Positions 16,555 through 24,926 of a DNA stretch of 64,000 nucleotides are shown in pieces (position 1 is the first letter of the stretch; every line of letters starts with the position of its first letter). The notes under the pieces were generated by a model. It saw only the letters and a program-made list of their open reading frames with translations. It did not search any database and was not told the origin of the DNA. The DNA comes from Candidatus Xenobia bacterium (GTDB lineage Bacteria > Vulcanimicrobiota > Xenobia > Xenobiales > QWHO01): positions 1 through 64,000 of the forward strand of contig BTUM01000028.1 of the NCBI GenBank assembly GCA_045863235.1, read 5' to 3'. The translations under genes and the position numbers were made by a program.

Positions 16555-17144
16555 TGATCACCGTGTGCGGAGCCGGAACCGTGGGTGCCAATCTGCTCGA
16601 GAACCTGGCTCGAACGGGCCTCGGACCCCTGCGCGTGGTGGATCAGGACAGGGTGGAGGCCCGCAACCTGCGCAACCAGCCCTACACCTCGCTGCAAATC
16701 GGCCTTAGCAAGCCAGCGGCACTTTCCGAGCTACTCTACTACGCCGCCGGGGTGCAGCTCGATACGGTGGAAAAGACCCTGCGCGAGGACAACGCCGGCA
16801 GCCTTCTGAGGGGGAGCACCCTGGTGGTGGACGGTTTCGACAACGCGGCCTCGCGCCGGGCTGTGCAACTGGCCTGCCGCAAGCTTGGCCTGCCCTGCCT
16901 GCACGTGGGTCTGAGCCGGGACGACTATGGCGAGGTCGTCTGGGATGAGCACTACCAGGTGCCTCCCGATCAGGACGGCCTGCCGGCCTGCCGCGAGGTG
17001 GATCGCAACCTGGCCGTGTTCGTGGTCTCGGTGGCCACGGAGGTGGTCAAGGCCTTCTTGAAGGGCGGAGAGAAGCGCAGTTACGCGGTGACCCTGGGCG
17101 ATCTGTGCGTTTCCCCGCTGTCCATCGGTACCTGCCGTCACTGA
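16554..17144 (+). CDS. ThiF/MoeB/E1-like adenylyltransferase
   Basis: CGAGTVG nucleotide-binding loop, VDQDRVEARNLRNQ, SKP, VVDGFDNAASR; no CxxC Zn pairs; TGATG coupling with the upstream gene and GGAGG at 16540 (alternative start 16545). Confidence 0.88.
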   Translation: MITVCGAGTVGANLLENLARTGLGPLRVVDQDRVEARNLRNQPYTSLQIGLSKPAALSELLYYAAGVQLDTVEKTLREDNAGSLLRGSTLVVDGFDNAASRRAVQLACRKLGLPCLHVGLSRDDYGEVVWDEHYQVPPDQDGLPACREVDRNLAVFVVSVATEVVKAFLKGGEKRSYAVTLGDLCVSPLSIGTCRH

Positions 17145-17204
17145 AGGCTCAGCTCAGAAGGGGCTATCCTGAGGGTATCCCAACACCCGAAGGAGGAAAC
17201 CCGA

Positions 17205-17516
17205 ATGAAGACTCCCGCTATGCCCTGCTTGATCCACGAGGGCCCGCCCAGGCTCTCCATCTGGCCCATGGTGACGATGGAGGTGAGGGGTGAGCAATTA
17301 ACCGTGGACGCTCTGGCGCGCATCGGCGCGCAGGACCCCCAGTGGTTCATTCTCGAGATCGGAGAAAAGGGTGCGGTAACCCCGGCCAGTCGCATGCGAG
17401 AGCTGGCCCTCGACATGCCATGCGTGCGACTGACAGATCAGGACATTCTCCACCCTGACTTCATGGCAAACCTGCTGCAGCGCATCCAGGCGGTTCTGCC
17501 TCGCCAGGCTGCCTGA
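17205..17516 (+). CDS. Hypothetical protein
   Basis: AAGGAGG RBS upstream; 103 aa. Confidence 0.6.
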   Translation: MKTPAMPCLIHEGPPRLSIWPMVTMEVRGEQLTVDALARIGAQDPQWFILEIGEKGAVTPASRMRELALDMPCVRLTDQDILHPDFMANLLQRIQAVLPRQAA

Positions 17517-17702
17517 CCGGGGCGGGGACGTGAGCGTTTTGTTAACCTGCCTGAAACCGTCTGGCCTGAAGGCGGTGTTAAAGTCCTCCCAGCTACGCTG
17601 ACCTGTTCAAAATGAGAACGGGAGTGTAGACAATCTGTTGAACGGCGCCGCGCCAATTCCTGAAGCGTTCAACGCTCGGCGCCTTAAGACTCGGAGGACT
17701 TC

Positions 17703-19250
17703 ATGGTCGTTTCTCAACTCGCGTCCCCGCTCCGCCTGCCCAACTTCAGCTCGGTGGCCTCGGTCCGCAGCGCGCCCGCGGGCACCGGGGACGGCTACAC
17801 GGCCGCCTCCGAGGATCCGGCCTCCCGCCCCACGAGCATCGAGAAGACTGCCCTGCTGCGCCTGTTCCAGGACCCGGGCTCGCTTTCGCCTCAGCCGGGC
17901 GGGAGCCGTCAGATGGCCGACTACGACGGGCGGGTCAAGCATCTGGCCCTGATGCTCTCGAGCTACGCCCGCTCGGGCCGGATGCGCGAGCAGGTTCTGG
18001 ACGCCTACAAAACCCTCTTCAACCGTATGGAGCCGGACACCAAGTTCTCCATCATCGTGGACTCGAACCGTGACAAGGCGGACGTGCAACGCGCCATTGC
18101 CGAGAGCGGCTGCCCCAACCCGGAGCGCATCCAACTGGTCCAGCCGGGGGTCGGCGACCTGACCGTGTGGGCCCGCGACATGATGGTGGGCCTGGAGTTC
18201 CCCGGCAGCCCCGATCGCACCGCTCTGCTCGCCCAAAAGCCCCTGCATGACTGGCACGGAAATGACCGCGAGGTGCCCATCTTCCTTTCTCATGCCGCGC
18301 CGGGGGTGCACCTGAACATGGCCAAGCGGCTGGTCACCGATGGGGGCGATACCACTTCCAATCGCAGCGATAGCTTCGTGGGACACTATTCCATCGCGGC
18401 TACTGCCGAGCGCCTGCAGCAGGCGTTCAGCGACGAGAGCGTGCGGATGGCGGGGATCCGTTACTTCGAGACCACCACCGGCAAGACGGTGGTCCCCGGC
18501 GCTCTTCCTTACAAGCTGCAGCCGGTGGACACGGGCGACCTGCACCGCATGCCGATTCAGATCGTCGAGAATCCCACCTATCGCAAGCCCGACCTGAAGG
18601 AAGGCCAGGCCACCGAGGGCGAGATGTACGAGTACCTGGCCGCCCGCATGTTCGAGCGCGAGTTCGGCAAGCCGGTCACCGTGCTGGGAGCCGACGACCC
18701 CAGCACTCCCGACCACCGCGAAGAGCCGGCCTGCGACCACATGGACATGGGCTTCACGCCTATCTCCGACAACGAGGTGTTGCTCGGCGATCCGGGCCTG
18801 GCTCGCCAGTTGCTCGACTCGATGACCCCGGCCGAGAAGAAGCAGGCCGAGGAGAAGCTCTCCGAAGTAGCCGGCAAGCCGGTCAGGCTGGAGGATTACT
18901 TCGGTCCCGGCCTTCGCAATCGCGACAACCAGGAGGACTTCGAGGCCTACAAGCGCATCGCTGAGGAGAAGAACCTGTCGGTCACCCGCATGCCCCACCT
19001 CGAGCCCGGCGGCGGGTTGCCCTACATCTCTTACAACAACTGCCTGATGGAGCGCTTCGAGAAGGATGGCCAGGAAGTGCGGCGCGTGTTCCTCCCGGTC
19101 TACGGGGTGGAGAAGCTGGATAACTATGCCATCACGACCTGGCAGTCCAAAGGCTTCGAGGTGATCCCCATGGAGCTGGGAGCCTTGAGCGCATACTGGG
19201 GCGCTCTGCGCTGCATTTCGAACTGGATGGAGCGCTCGCCCAGCGCTTGA
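17703..19250 (+). CDS. Pentein superfamily (agmatine/peptidyl-arginine deiminase-like) enzyme with low-complexity leader
   Basis: VWARD, TDGGD, DHMDM, SYNN, WGALRCIS give the Asp/His/Asp/Cys catalytic set; GGAGG RBS. Confidence 0.8.
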   Translation: MVVSQLASPLRLPNFSSVASVRSAPAGTGDGYTAASEDPASRPTSIEKTALLRLFQDPGSLSPQPGGSRQMADYDGRVKHLALMLSSYARSGRMREQVLDAYKTLFNRMEPDTKFSIIVDSNRDKADVQRAIAESGCPNPERIQLVQPGVGDLTVWARDMMVGLEFPGSPDRTALLAQKPLHDWHGNDREVPIFLSHAAPGVHLNMAKRLVTDGGDTTSNRSDSFVGHYSIAATAERLQQAFSDESVRMAGIRYFETTTGKTVVPGALPYKLQPVDTGDLHRMPIQIVENPTYRKPDLKEGQATEGEMYEYLAARMFEREFGKPVTVLGADDPSTPDHREEPACDHMDMGFTPISDNEVLLGDPGLARQLLDSMTPAEKKQAEEKLSEVAGKPVRLEDYFGPGLRNRDNQEDFEAYKRIAEEKNLSVTRMPHLEPGGGLPYISYNNCLMERFEKDGQEVRRVFLPVYGVEKLDNYAITTWQSKGFEVIPMELGALSAYWGALRCISNWMERSPSA

Positions 19251-19347
19251 ACTTCGTCGCGTTGACCGGGCCACCGAACGTGTCGTGGCCCGGGCGAGGA
19301 GACGAAGCGATTCATCGCACAGTCCATGCGATGGAGTATCGTCCTGC

Positions 19348-20745
19348 ATGAACGACACGATTGTCAAACCCGGGCCGGCGCCACGCCGGCCCATTCCGCT
19401 TTACGTGCGGGTCCTGATCGGAGTGGTCAGTGGAGCCGCGCTGGGCGCCGCCGTGGGCACGCAGCCCCTCTCGCTGGGGCCGCTGCACCTGGGCAAACTG
19501 GAAGACCTTGAGAAGCTGGGAGCCCTGGTCATCCGCCTCCTGAAGGCCCTGGCCACCCCGCTCATCCTGTTCGCAATCCTGGACGCCTTCGCGCGCACCC
19601 GCATCAGCGGCAAGCAGGGCCTGCGGATGATCGGTATCTGCCTGGTCAACGTCAGCATGGCGATGATCCTGGGTTTGACCTTGATGAACACCCTTCAGCC
19701 CGGCCTGGCCTGGCGCGGGCACCTGAGCGAGTTGACCGCGGGCGTGGCAAGCGAGACCACGCTCAAGAGCCTGCCCCAGCACGAGAACGTGACCTTGAGC
19801 CCGCTCGAGAACCTCTCCGGCTACGTGCCCCAGAGTCTGGTGTCTCCCTTCCTGGACAACAACGTGATCACCATCGTGCTCTGCGCCATCCTGGCCGGGG
19901 CCGCCCTTCGCAGCCTCAAAGAGCGCCAACCCGGGGGCGGGGTGCACGTGCTCGAGCAGATGATCGCGGCCGTGCTGCAGATCCTCATCCAGATGCTGGA
20001 GTGGGTGATCCAGGCCGTTCCCATCGCCGTTTTCGGCGTCGTGGCGGCGGTGGTGGCCCGCTCGGGGCTGGGGGTCTTTCAGAAGCTCTGGGTCTTCCTG
20101 GCGGTCATGCTGCTCGGCCTGGCCATCCACTCGCTGATCTATTACCCGCTGGTGGCCTGGGTGGTGGGCAAGAAGAGCCCCCGCGAGTATGTGGGGAAAG
20201 GGGCCGACGCGATCGTGACCGGCCTTTCGACCAACTCCAGCCTGGCCACCGTGCCGGTGACCCTGCGGGTGCTCACCGAGCGCATGGGGGTATCGCAGCA
20301 GTCGGCCCGGCTGGCTGCCTGCGTGGGAACCAATCTGAACAACGACGGAATCACACTGTACGAGGCCATGGCTGCGCTCTTCCTGGCCCAGGCGGTGGGC
20401 TACGACCTGGGCCTGGGCCAGCAGTTCGGAGTGGTTCTGGCGGCTCTGATGGCCGGGATCGGCATCGCCGGCATCCCCGAGGCAGGGCTGATCGTGCTTC
20501 CCCTGGTGCTGGGGGCGGCCGGACTGCCCGAGTCGGTGGTGCTGACGGCCCTGCCTCTGATCATGACGGTGGACTGGATCATCGCCCGTTGCCGGTCGGG
20601 GGTCAACGTGATGAGCGACATGCTGGTGGCCATCCTGCTCGACGCTCTGCGCCCGGCGGGAGAGCGACCTGAAAGCCTGGAGGACATGGCCGGAGAAGGA
20701 GACCTGGCCCCCGAAGTGGCGGCCATCCTGGAGGGAAACACATGA
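19348..20745 (+). CDS. Dicarboxylate/amino acid:cation symporter (DAACS)
   Basis: STNSSLATVP, GTNLNNDG..LYEA, GIAGIPEAG, VDWIIARCRSGVNVMSD. Confidence 0.92.
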   Translation: MNDTIVKPGPAPRRPIPLYVRVLIGVVSGAALGAAVGTQPLSLGPLHLGKLEDLEKLGALVIRLLKALATPLILFAILDAFARTRISGKQGLRMIGICLVNVSMAMILGLTLMNTLQPGLAWRGHLSELTAGVASETTLKSLPQHENVTLSPLENLSGYVPQSLVSPFLDNNVITIVLCAILAGAALRSLKERQPGGGVHVLEQMIAAVLQILIQMLEWVIQAVPIAVFGVVAAVVARSGLGVFQKLWVFLAVMLLGLAIHSLIYYPLVAWVVGKKSPREYVGKGADAIVTGLSTNSSLATVPVTLRVLTERMGVSQQSARLAACVGTNLNNDGITLYEAMAALFLAQAVGYDLGLGQQFGVVLAALMAGIGIAGIPEAGLIVLPLVLGAAGLPESVVLTALPLIMTVDWIIARCRSGVNVMSDMLVAILLDALRPAGERPESLEDMAGEGDLAPEVAAILEGNT

Positions 20746-22790
20746 TGAGATCCGTTCTGCTGATGCTGCTGGTCTGCCTTCTGGCGAGTTGCGGTCAGGA
20801 AGGTGCCACGCCCGTGGCGGCGACCGCTCCACCGGGTAACCTGGCGCCCCCGCCTCCCGCCGAGGCACTGGTCTTCCGTCTGGGTGGCCCGGGTGAGGAC
20901 TCGGGACAGGCGGTGGTCGCTGATGCTGCCGGCAACCTCTTCGTGGCCGGCCACTTCACCCACCAGAACGAGCTGGCCACCAGCCAGGGCGGACAGGACG
21001 TCTTTCTGGCCCGCTACGACGGCCAGGGGAACCTGGTCTGGTCGCTGGGTCTGGGCAGCGCGGGCCACGAGCAACTGGCAAACCTGCTCATGGACGAGGA
21101 GGGCAACCTCTATCTGGGCGGCACTTTCGAAGGCACGCTCGCCTTCGATCCCGCGACCGACGTGGTGGCAGCCGGTATGAGTGACGCCTTCCTGGCCAGC
21201 TACGACTCGGACGGCAAACTGCGCTGGGCCCGCACGCTGGGGGCGGCAGGGCAGACCACCCGGGCCCACGACCTGGCTCTGGGAGAGCGGGGCGCGCTCT
21301 ACCTGACCGGCGACTTCACCGGGACCGTCCAGGGCCTGGTCTCCGCCGGCGACACCGATGGCCTGCTGGCTCGCTTCGACCTGGCCGGGCAGCCGGAATG
21401 GCTGCGCCGTTTCGGGGGACCGGGTTCGGACTCGGGTCGGGCCCTGGCAGCGGTGGCCGACACCGTCCTGGTTTGCGAGGGGTCACAGGTGACGCGCTGG
21501 AGTGCCGCGGGCGATCCGGGGCCGGAGGTGGCCCTGCCCGGCCAGGCCCACTCGATCGCCGGTGATGGTCTGGGGGGACATGTCGCGGTTGGGACTGGAT
21601 TTCTGGCTCGCTTCGGGCCGGCCCTGGAGCAGCTGTGGAGTGTCAGCGTGTCGGGTGAAGGCTGGCTGACGGTGGGGGAGGGGGCCATCTACCTGGCCGG
21701 CAGCCGGCTCGAGCGCTTCGACCTGGACGGAAACAGGCTCTGGGAGGTCGTGCTGGGAGGTCCCGCGCAGGGGCTGGTCCTGGTGCGCGGCGATCATCCC
21801 ACCGTGACGGGAGCCTTTCAGGGCCAGGCCAGCTTTCAGCAGGCCCGCACGGTAGCGAGCACCGGGGGAACCGATGGCTACGTGGCCCAGTACGACGGTC
21901 AGGGCCAGTTGACCTCGGTTGGGGCACGTCCGGTGGCCTATCAGCCTCCCGCGGTCACCTACAATGGACTGCACAAGGTGAGCAACCCCACCGCGGCCCA
22001 GGTCACCTCCGAGCTGGGGGTCGTCAAGCAGCACTTTGCCAGCCTGCGTACTTACTACCCGCAGTACGGCGGGGGCACGGTCGACCTGGGCAAGATCACC
22101 AACCAGCTCGGGCTGAAGGTCTATCTGGGATTGTTCCTCTTCCCGGGGCACAACGACTGGACGGCCGAGAACTACGCCAACTATGTCAAGCCAGCCGTCG
22201 CACGGGGCAACGTCTCGGCGCTGATCGTCGGCAACGAGGACCCGCAGGACCTGGCCCTGATCCTCAGCTATCTGGACAAAGCCCACACTGACTTCCCCAA
22301 GCTACCGGCCTCCAGCGCCCAGACCACCACTTTCTGGCTCACCGACTCGCGGGCCGCTCAGCTGGCCGACAAAGTCGACTTCATTGCAGTGAACATCTAT
22401 CCGGGCTGGGACGGCGTCCCCTGGACCCAGATGAACCTGCAGCCGGTTATCGGGGGCAAGCCAGCCACACCGGCCGACTCCTTCAACTCGTTCAAGATCA
22501 TCTATGGCAAGCTGGTGGCCAAATACCCGGGGCTGCCCATCGTGGTGACCGAAACCGGCTGGCCCACCACCTACGGCGCGCCAAGTCCGGCGCCGCCTCA
22601 GCCCAAGACCGGGATTGCCAACGCCAAAGCCTACCTGACCCTGGTGCAGAACTGGGCCATCAACAACAAGAAGAATGTCTTCATCTACGGAATGTATGAC
22701 GACACCAACGCGGTCAACACCAGCTCGCTGTTCAACTACCACTTCGGGCTGATGGACACCGACGGCAACAGCAAAGGGGTACTGTTCTAA
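20742..22790 (+). CDS. Lipoprotein: SBBP-type beta-propeller repeats + GH17-like glycoside hydrolase domain
   Basis: Lipobox LLASC; repeats DAAGNLFVAGHF / DVFLARYDGQGNLVW; GH-A clan motifs LRTY, IVGNED, VNIYP, VVTETGWPT. Confidence 0.8.
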   Translation: MMRSVLLMLLVCLLASCGQEGATPVAATAPPGNLAPPPPAEALVFRLGGPGEDSGQAVVADAAGNLFVAGHFTHQNELATSQGGQDVFLARYDGQGNLVWSLGLGSAGHEQLANLLMDEEGNLYLGGTFEGTLAFDPATDVVAAGMSDAFLASYDSDGKLRWARTLGAAGQTTRAHDLALGERGALYLTGDFTGTVQGLVSAGDTDGLLARFDLAGQPEWLRRFGGPGSDSGRALAAVADTVLVCEGSQVTRWSAAGDPGPEVALPGQAHSIAGDGLGGHVAVGTGFLARFGPALEQLWSVSVSGEGWLTVGEGAIYLAGSRLERFDLDGNRLWEVVLGGPAQGLVLVRGDHPTVTGAFQGQASFQQARTVASTGGTDGYVAQYDGQGQLTSVGARPVAYQPPAVTYNGLHKVSNPTAAQVTSELGVVKQHFASLRTYYPQYGGGTVDLGKITNQLGLKVYLGLFLFPGHNDWTAENYANYVKPAVARGNVSALIVGNEDPQDLALILSYLDKAHTDFPKLPASSAQTTTFWLTDSRAAQLADKVDFIAVNIYPGWDGVPWTQMNLQPVIGGKPATPADSFNSFKIIYGKLVAKYPGLPIVVTETGWPTTYGAPSPAPPQPKTGIANAKAYLTLVQNWAINNKKNVFIYGMYDDTNAVNTSSLFNYHFGLMDTDGNSKGVLF

Positions 22791-22829
22791 ACTCCCTCGC
22801 ATAGACTGTGCGATGAATTCCCAACAGGT

Positions 22830-23537
22830 TTAGTTCAATCCCGGCTCGACCAGCATGGGCCCGAACTGTAGCCCGGAATGGCCCGGCTGGTCGAACAGCG
22901 CCACGGGCTGCATCACCATGGGGATCTTGAGGGCCCGGGCCACTTGGCGGGCCATGCCCATGGCCGCCTCGGAGCTCGAGAAGGGGTAGAGGGGAAGAAG
23001 TCGGCCGTCCTCCAGGTCGAGCTGCACCGAGAAGATCGAGCCTCGGGCGCTCTCGCCCTCGTGGATGCTGCGCACGGCAACCCGCAAGACGGCCGGGATG
23101 CTCAGGTGGATCTGCTGGTCGCCGAAAGTGAACACGGCATCTTGCGAGCCGATCGACCAGGCCAGCCAGCGCGACTGACGCGGGTTCATCCAGCGATTGA
23201 TACGCTCGCTCATCGAGTTGCACAGATCGAGCACCAGGGCCCCGGCGGCGCCACCGGCGCTGATGGCCCTTACGGCCATGTCAGGACGTCGGGAGATGAG
23301 GGCTCCGGCCAGCATGGCGCCGGCGGTCACGGCCGCGCCCAGGGCGAACTTCTTGTTCTGCTTTCGTTCGCCAGGAAGCTGCCAGACCTCGAAGTTGAGC
23401 AAGATCCGGTCGTCGCCCGGCGTGAAGCTGTGCAGCGAGAACTGCGGTGCATCGACCTCGGCGGCATTGTCGCGGATCGTTTGCAGGGGATGATCGACGG
23501 GCTGAAAATAGGCGATCAGCTCACTGGCAGACCACAA
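22830..23537 (-). CDS. Hypothetical membrane-associated protein
   Basis: 235-aa ORF with two hydrophobic segments; start uncertain. Confidence 0.55.
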   Translation of the reverse strand: MWSASELIAYFQPVDHPLQTIRDNAAEVDAPQFSLHSFTPGDDRILLNFEVWQLPGERKQNKKFALGAAVTAGAMLAGALISRRPDMAVRAISAGGAAGALVLDLCNSMSERINRWMNPRQSRWLAWSIGSQDAVFTFGDQQIHLSIPAVLRVAVRSIHEGESARGSIFSVQLDLEDGRLLPLYPFSSSEAAMGMARQVARALKIPMVMQPVALFDQPGHSGLQFGPMLVEPGLN

Positions 23538-23590
23538 AGGCTCTCTCTCCCGGGAAAGTTTTCCCTATCATATCATACGTCCGGGAGGAT

Positions 23591-23620
23591 TTGACTCCCT
23601 GCGGCCGGATGTGCTAAAGT
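23591..23620 (+). promoter_or_regulatory. Sigma70-type promoter with extended -10
   Basis: TTGACT-18 nt-TAAAGT with TG at 23612-13, upstream of AGGAGG RBS and ATG 23657. Confidence 0.6.
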
Positions 23621-23656
23621 GGCGGGCATTCACAGTCCAGTTCAGGAGGTCGAGTC

Positions 23657-23989
23657 ATGTCCAAGGGATCCGCCAAGAAGCCCAAGCCCGCCAAGAGCCG
23701 CGGGTCGGGAACTCCGCTCGAGGGCCGCGCCTGGGTGCGCGTCGGCGGAGCTCGCTGGCTGCGCGAAGATGCGGAGAAAGCTGGCAAGTTCATTCCCAAA
23801 GAGTACCGCGAAGGCTACGTCAAGCCCCTGAGTAAGAAGGCGGCCGAAGAGTTGGCCGCTTCCGCTGCCGCCGAAGCGGCGGCCGCCGAGGAAGCGGCTC
23901 TGGCCGCCAACGTTCCGGCCGAGTCGGCCGAGGCTCTGGAAGCTGCGCCCGACGCCGAGGACTTCGGCGAAGAGAACGAAGAGGCCTGA
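23657..23989 (+). CDS. Small hypothetical protein, basic N-terminus and Ala/Glu-rich acidic tail
   Basis: Own promoter, AGGAGG RBS and terminator; 110 aa. Confidence 0.8.
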   Translation: MSKGSAKKPKPAKSRGSGTPLEGRAWVRVGGARWLREDAEKAGKFIPKEYREGYVKPLSKKAAEELAASAAAEAAAAEEAALAANVPAESAEALEAAPDAEDFGEENEEA

Positions 23990-23991
23990 CG

Positions 23992-24023
23992 AGAAGCCCG
24001 CCCCAACGGCGGGCTTCTTTGTT
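23992..24023 (+). terminator. Rho-independent terminator
   Basis: AGAAGCCCGCC-ccaac-GGCGGGCTTCT followed by TTGTT. Confidence 0.8.
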
Positions 24024-24075
24024 GCAGGGGAAGGCGGGTCCGGGTCCAGAACCTCTTCTGGCGGGGGAGTTTGGA

Positions 24076-24924
24076 GTGAGCAGTTTGTCCGAGTTCCGTC
24101 GTTTTCAGGGGACCGACAGCTATCTGACCGGCGAGGCCCTGGAGGCGGCCGTCAACTGTGCCCTGGCGCTGGAGCGTCCGCTGCTGGTGCGGGGCGAGCC
24201 GGGCACCGGCAAGACCCTGCTGGCTCGCGCCATCGCTGAAGGGCTGGGCCTGAAGATGCTGTCCTGGCACGTCAAGAGCACCACCCGGGCCCAGGACGGC
24301 CTTTACGTCTATGACACGGTACAGCGCCTCTACGATTCTCGCTTTGGCGAGGGCAACGTCAAGGACATTCGCAGCTACATCAAGCTCGGCCCCCTGGGCC
24401 AGGCCTTCAGCTCTCCCGAGCCGGTGGTGCTGCTGATCGACGAAGTGGACAAAGCCGATCTCGAGTTCCCCAACGATCTGTTGCACGAGCTTGACCAGAT
24501 GCGCTTTGTGATCCCCGAGACGGGAGACGAGGTCACTGCTGACCGGCGCCCGGTGGTGGTGATCACCTCCAACAACGAGAAGGAGCTGCCGGACGCTTTC
24601 TTGCGCCGCTGCGTCTTTCACTTCATTGACTTCCCCGAGCCCGAGTTCATGCGCCGCATCGTTGAGGTGCACCATCCCGGGCTCGAGCAAGAGCTGGCCA
24701 ACCAGGCCATCGAGGCGTTCTTCAATCTGCGTGGGATGCAGCGCCTCAGGAAGCGACCCTCGACCAGCGAGCTGATCGACTGGATCGCCGCCCTCAAGGC
24801 CGCCGGGGTCACCCATGTGGCCCTGGAGGCGGGCATGCCTTTCGTGGGCACGCTGCTGAAGAAGGAGCAAGACCTCGAGGCTCTGGCCGAGCATCTCGCT
24901 CGACGGCCCGGGTGGAGGAACTGA
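24076..24924 (+). CDS. MoxR-family AAA+ ATPase
   Basis: Walker A GEPGTGKT, Walker B LLIDEVDKAD, ITSNNEKELPDAFLRRC; GTG start with GGAG upstream. Confidence 0.92.
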   Translation: MSSLSEFRRFQGTDSYLTGEALEAAVNCALALERPLLVRGEPGTGKTLLARAIAEGLGLKMLSWHVKSTTRAQDGLYVYDTVQRLYDSRFGEGNVKDIRSYIKLGPLGQAFSSPEPVVLLIDEVDKADLEFPNDLLHELDQMRFVIPETGDEVTADRRPVVVITSNNEKELPDAFLRRCVFHFIDFPEPEFMRRIVEVHHPGLEQELANQAIEAFFNLRGMQRLRKRPSTSELIDWIAALKAAGVTHVALEAGMPFVGTLLKKEQDLEALAEHLARRPGWRN

Positions 24925-24926
24925 CC

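Noticed and set aside
16554..17144. Calling the E1-like gene thiF/moeB of cofactor biosynthesis
   Set aside because: No thiamine or molybdopterin genes nearby, no Zn-binding CxxC pairs, and the partner ends in FG rather than GG
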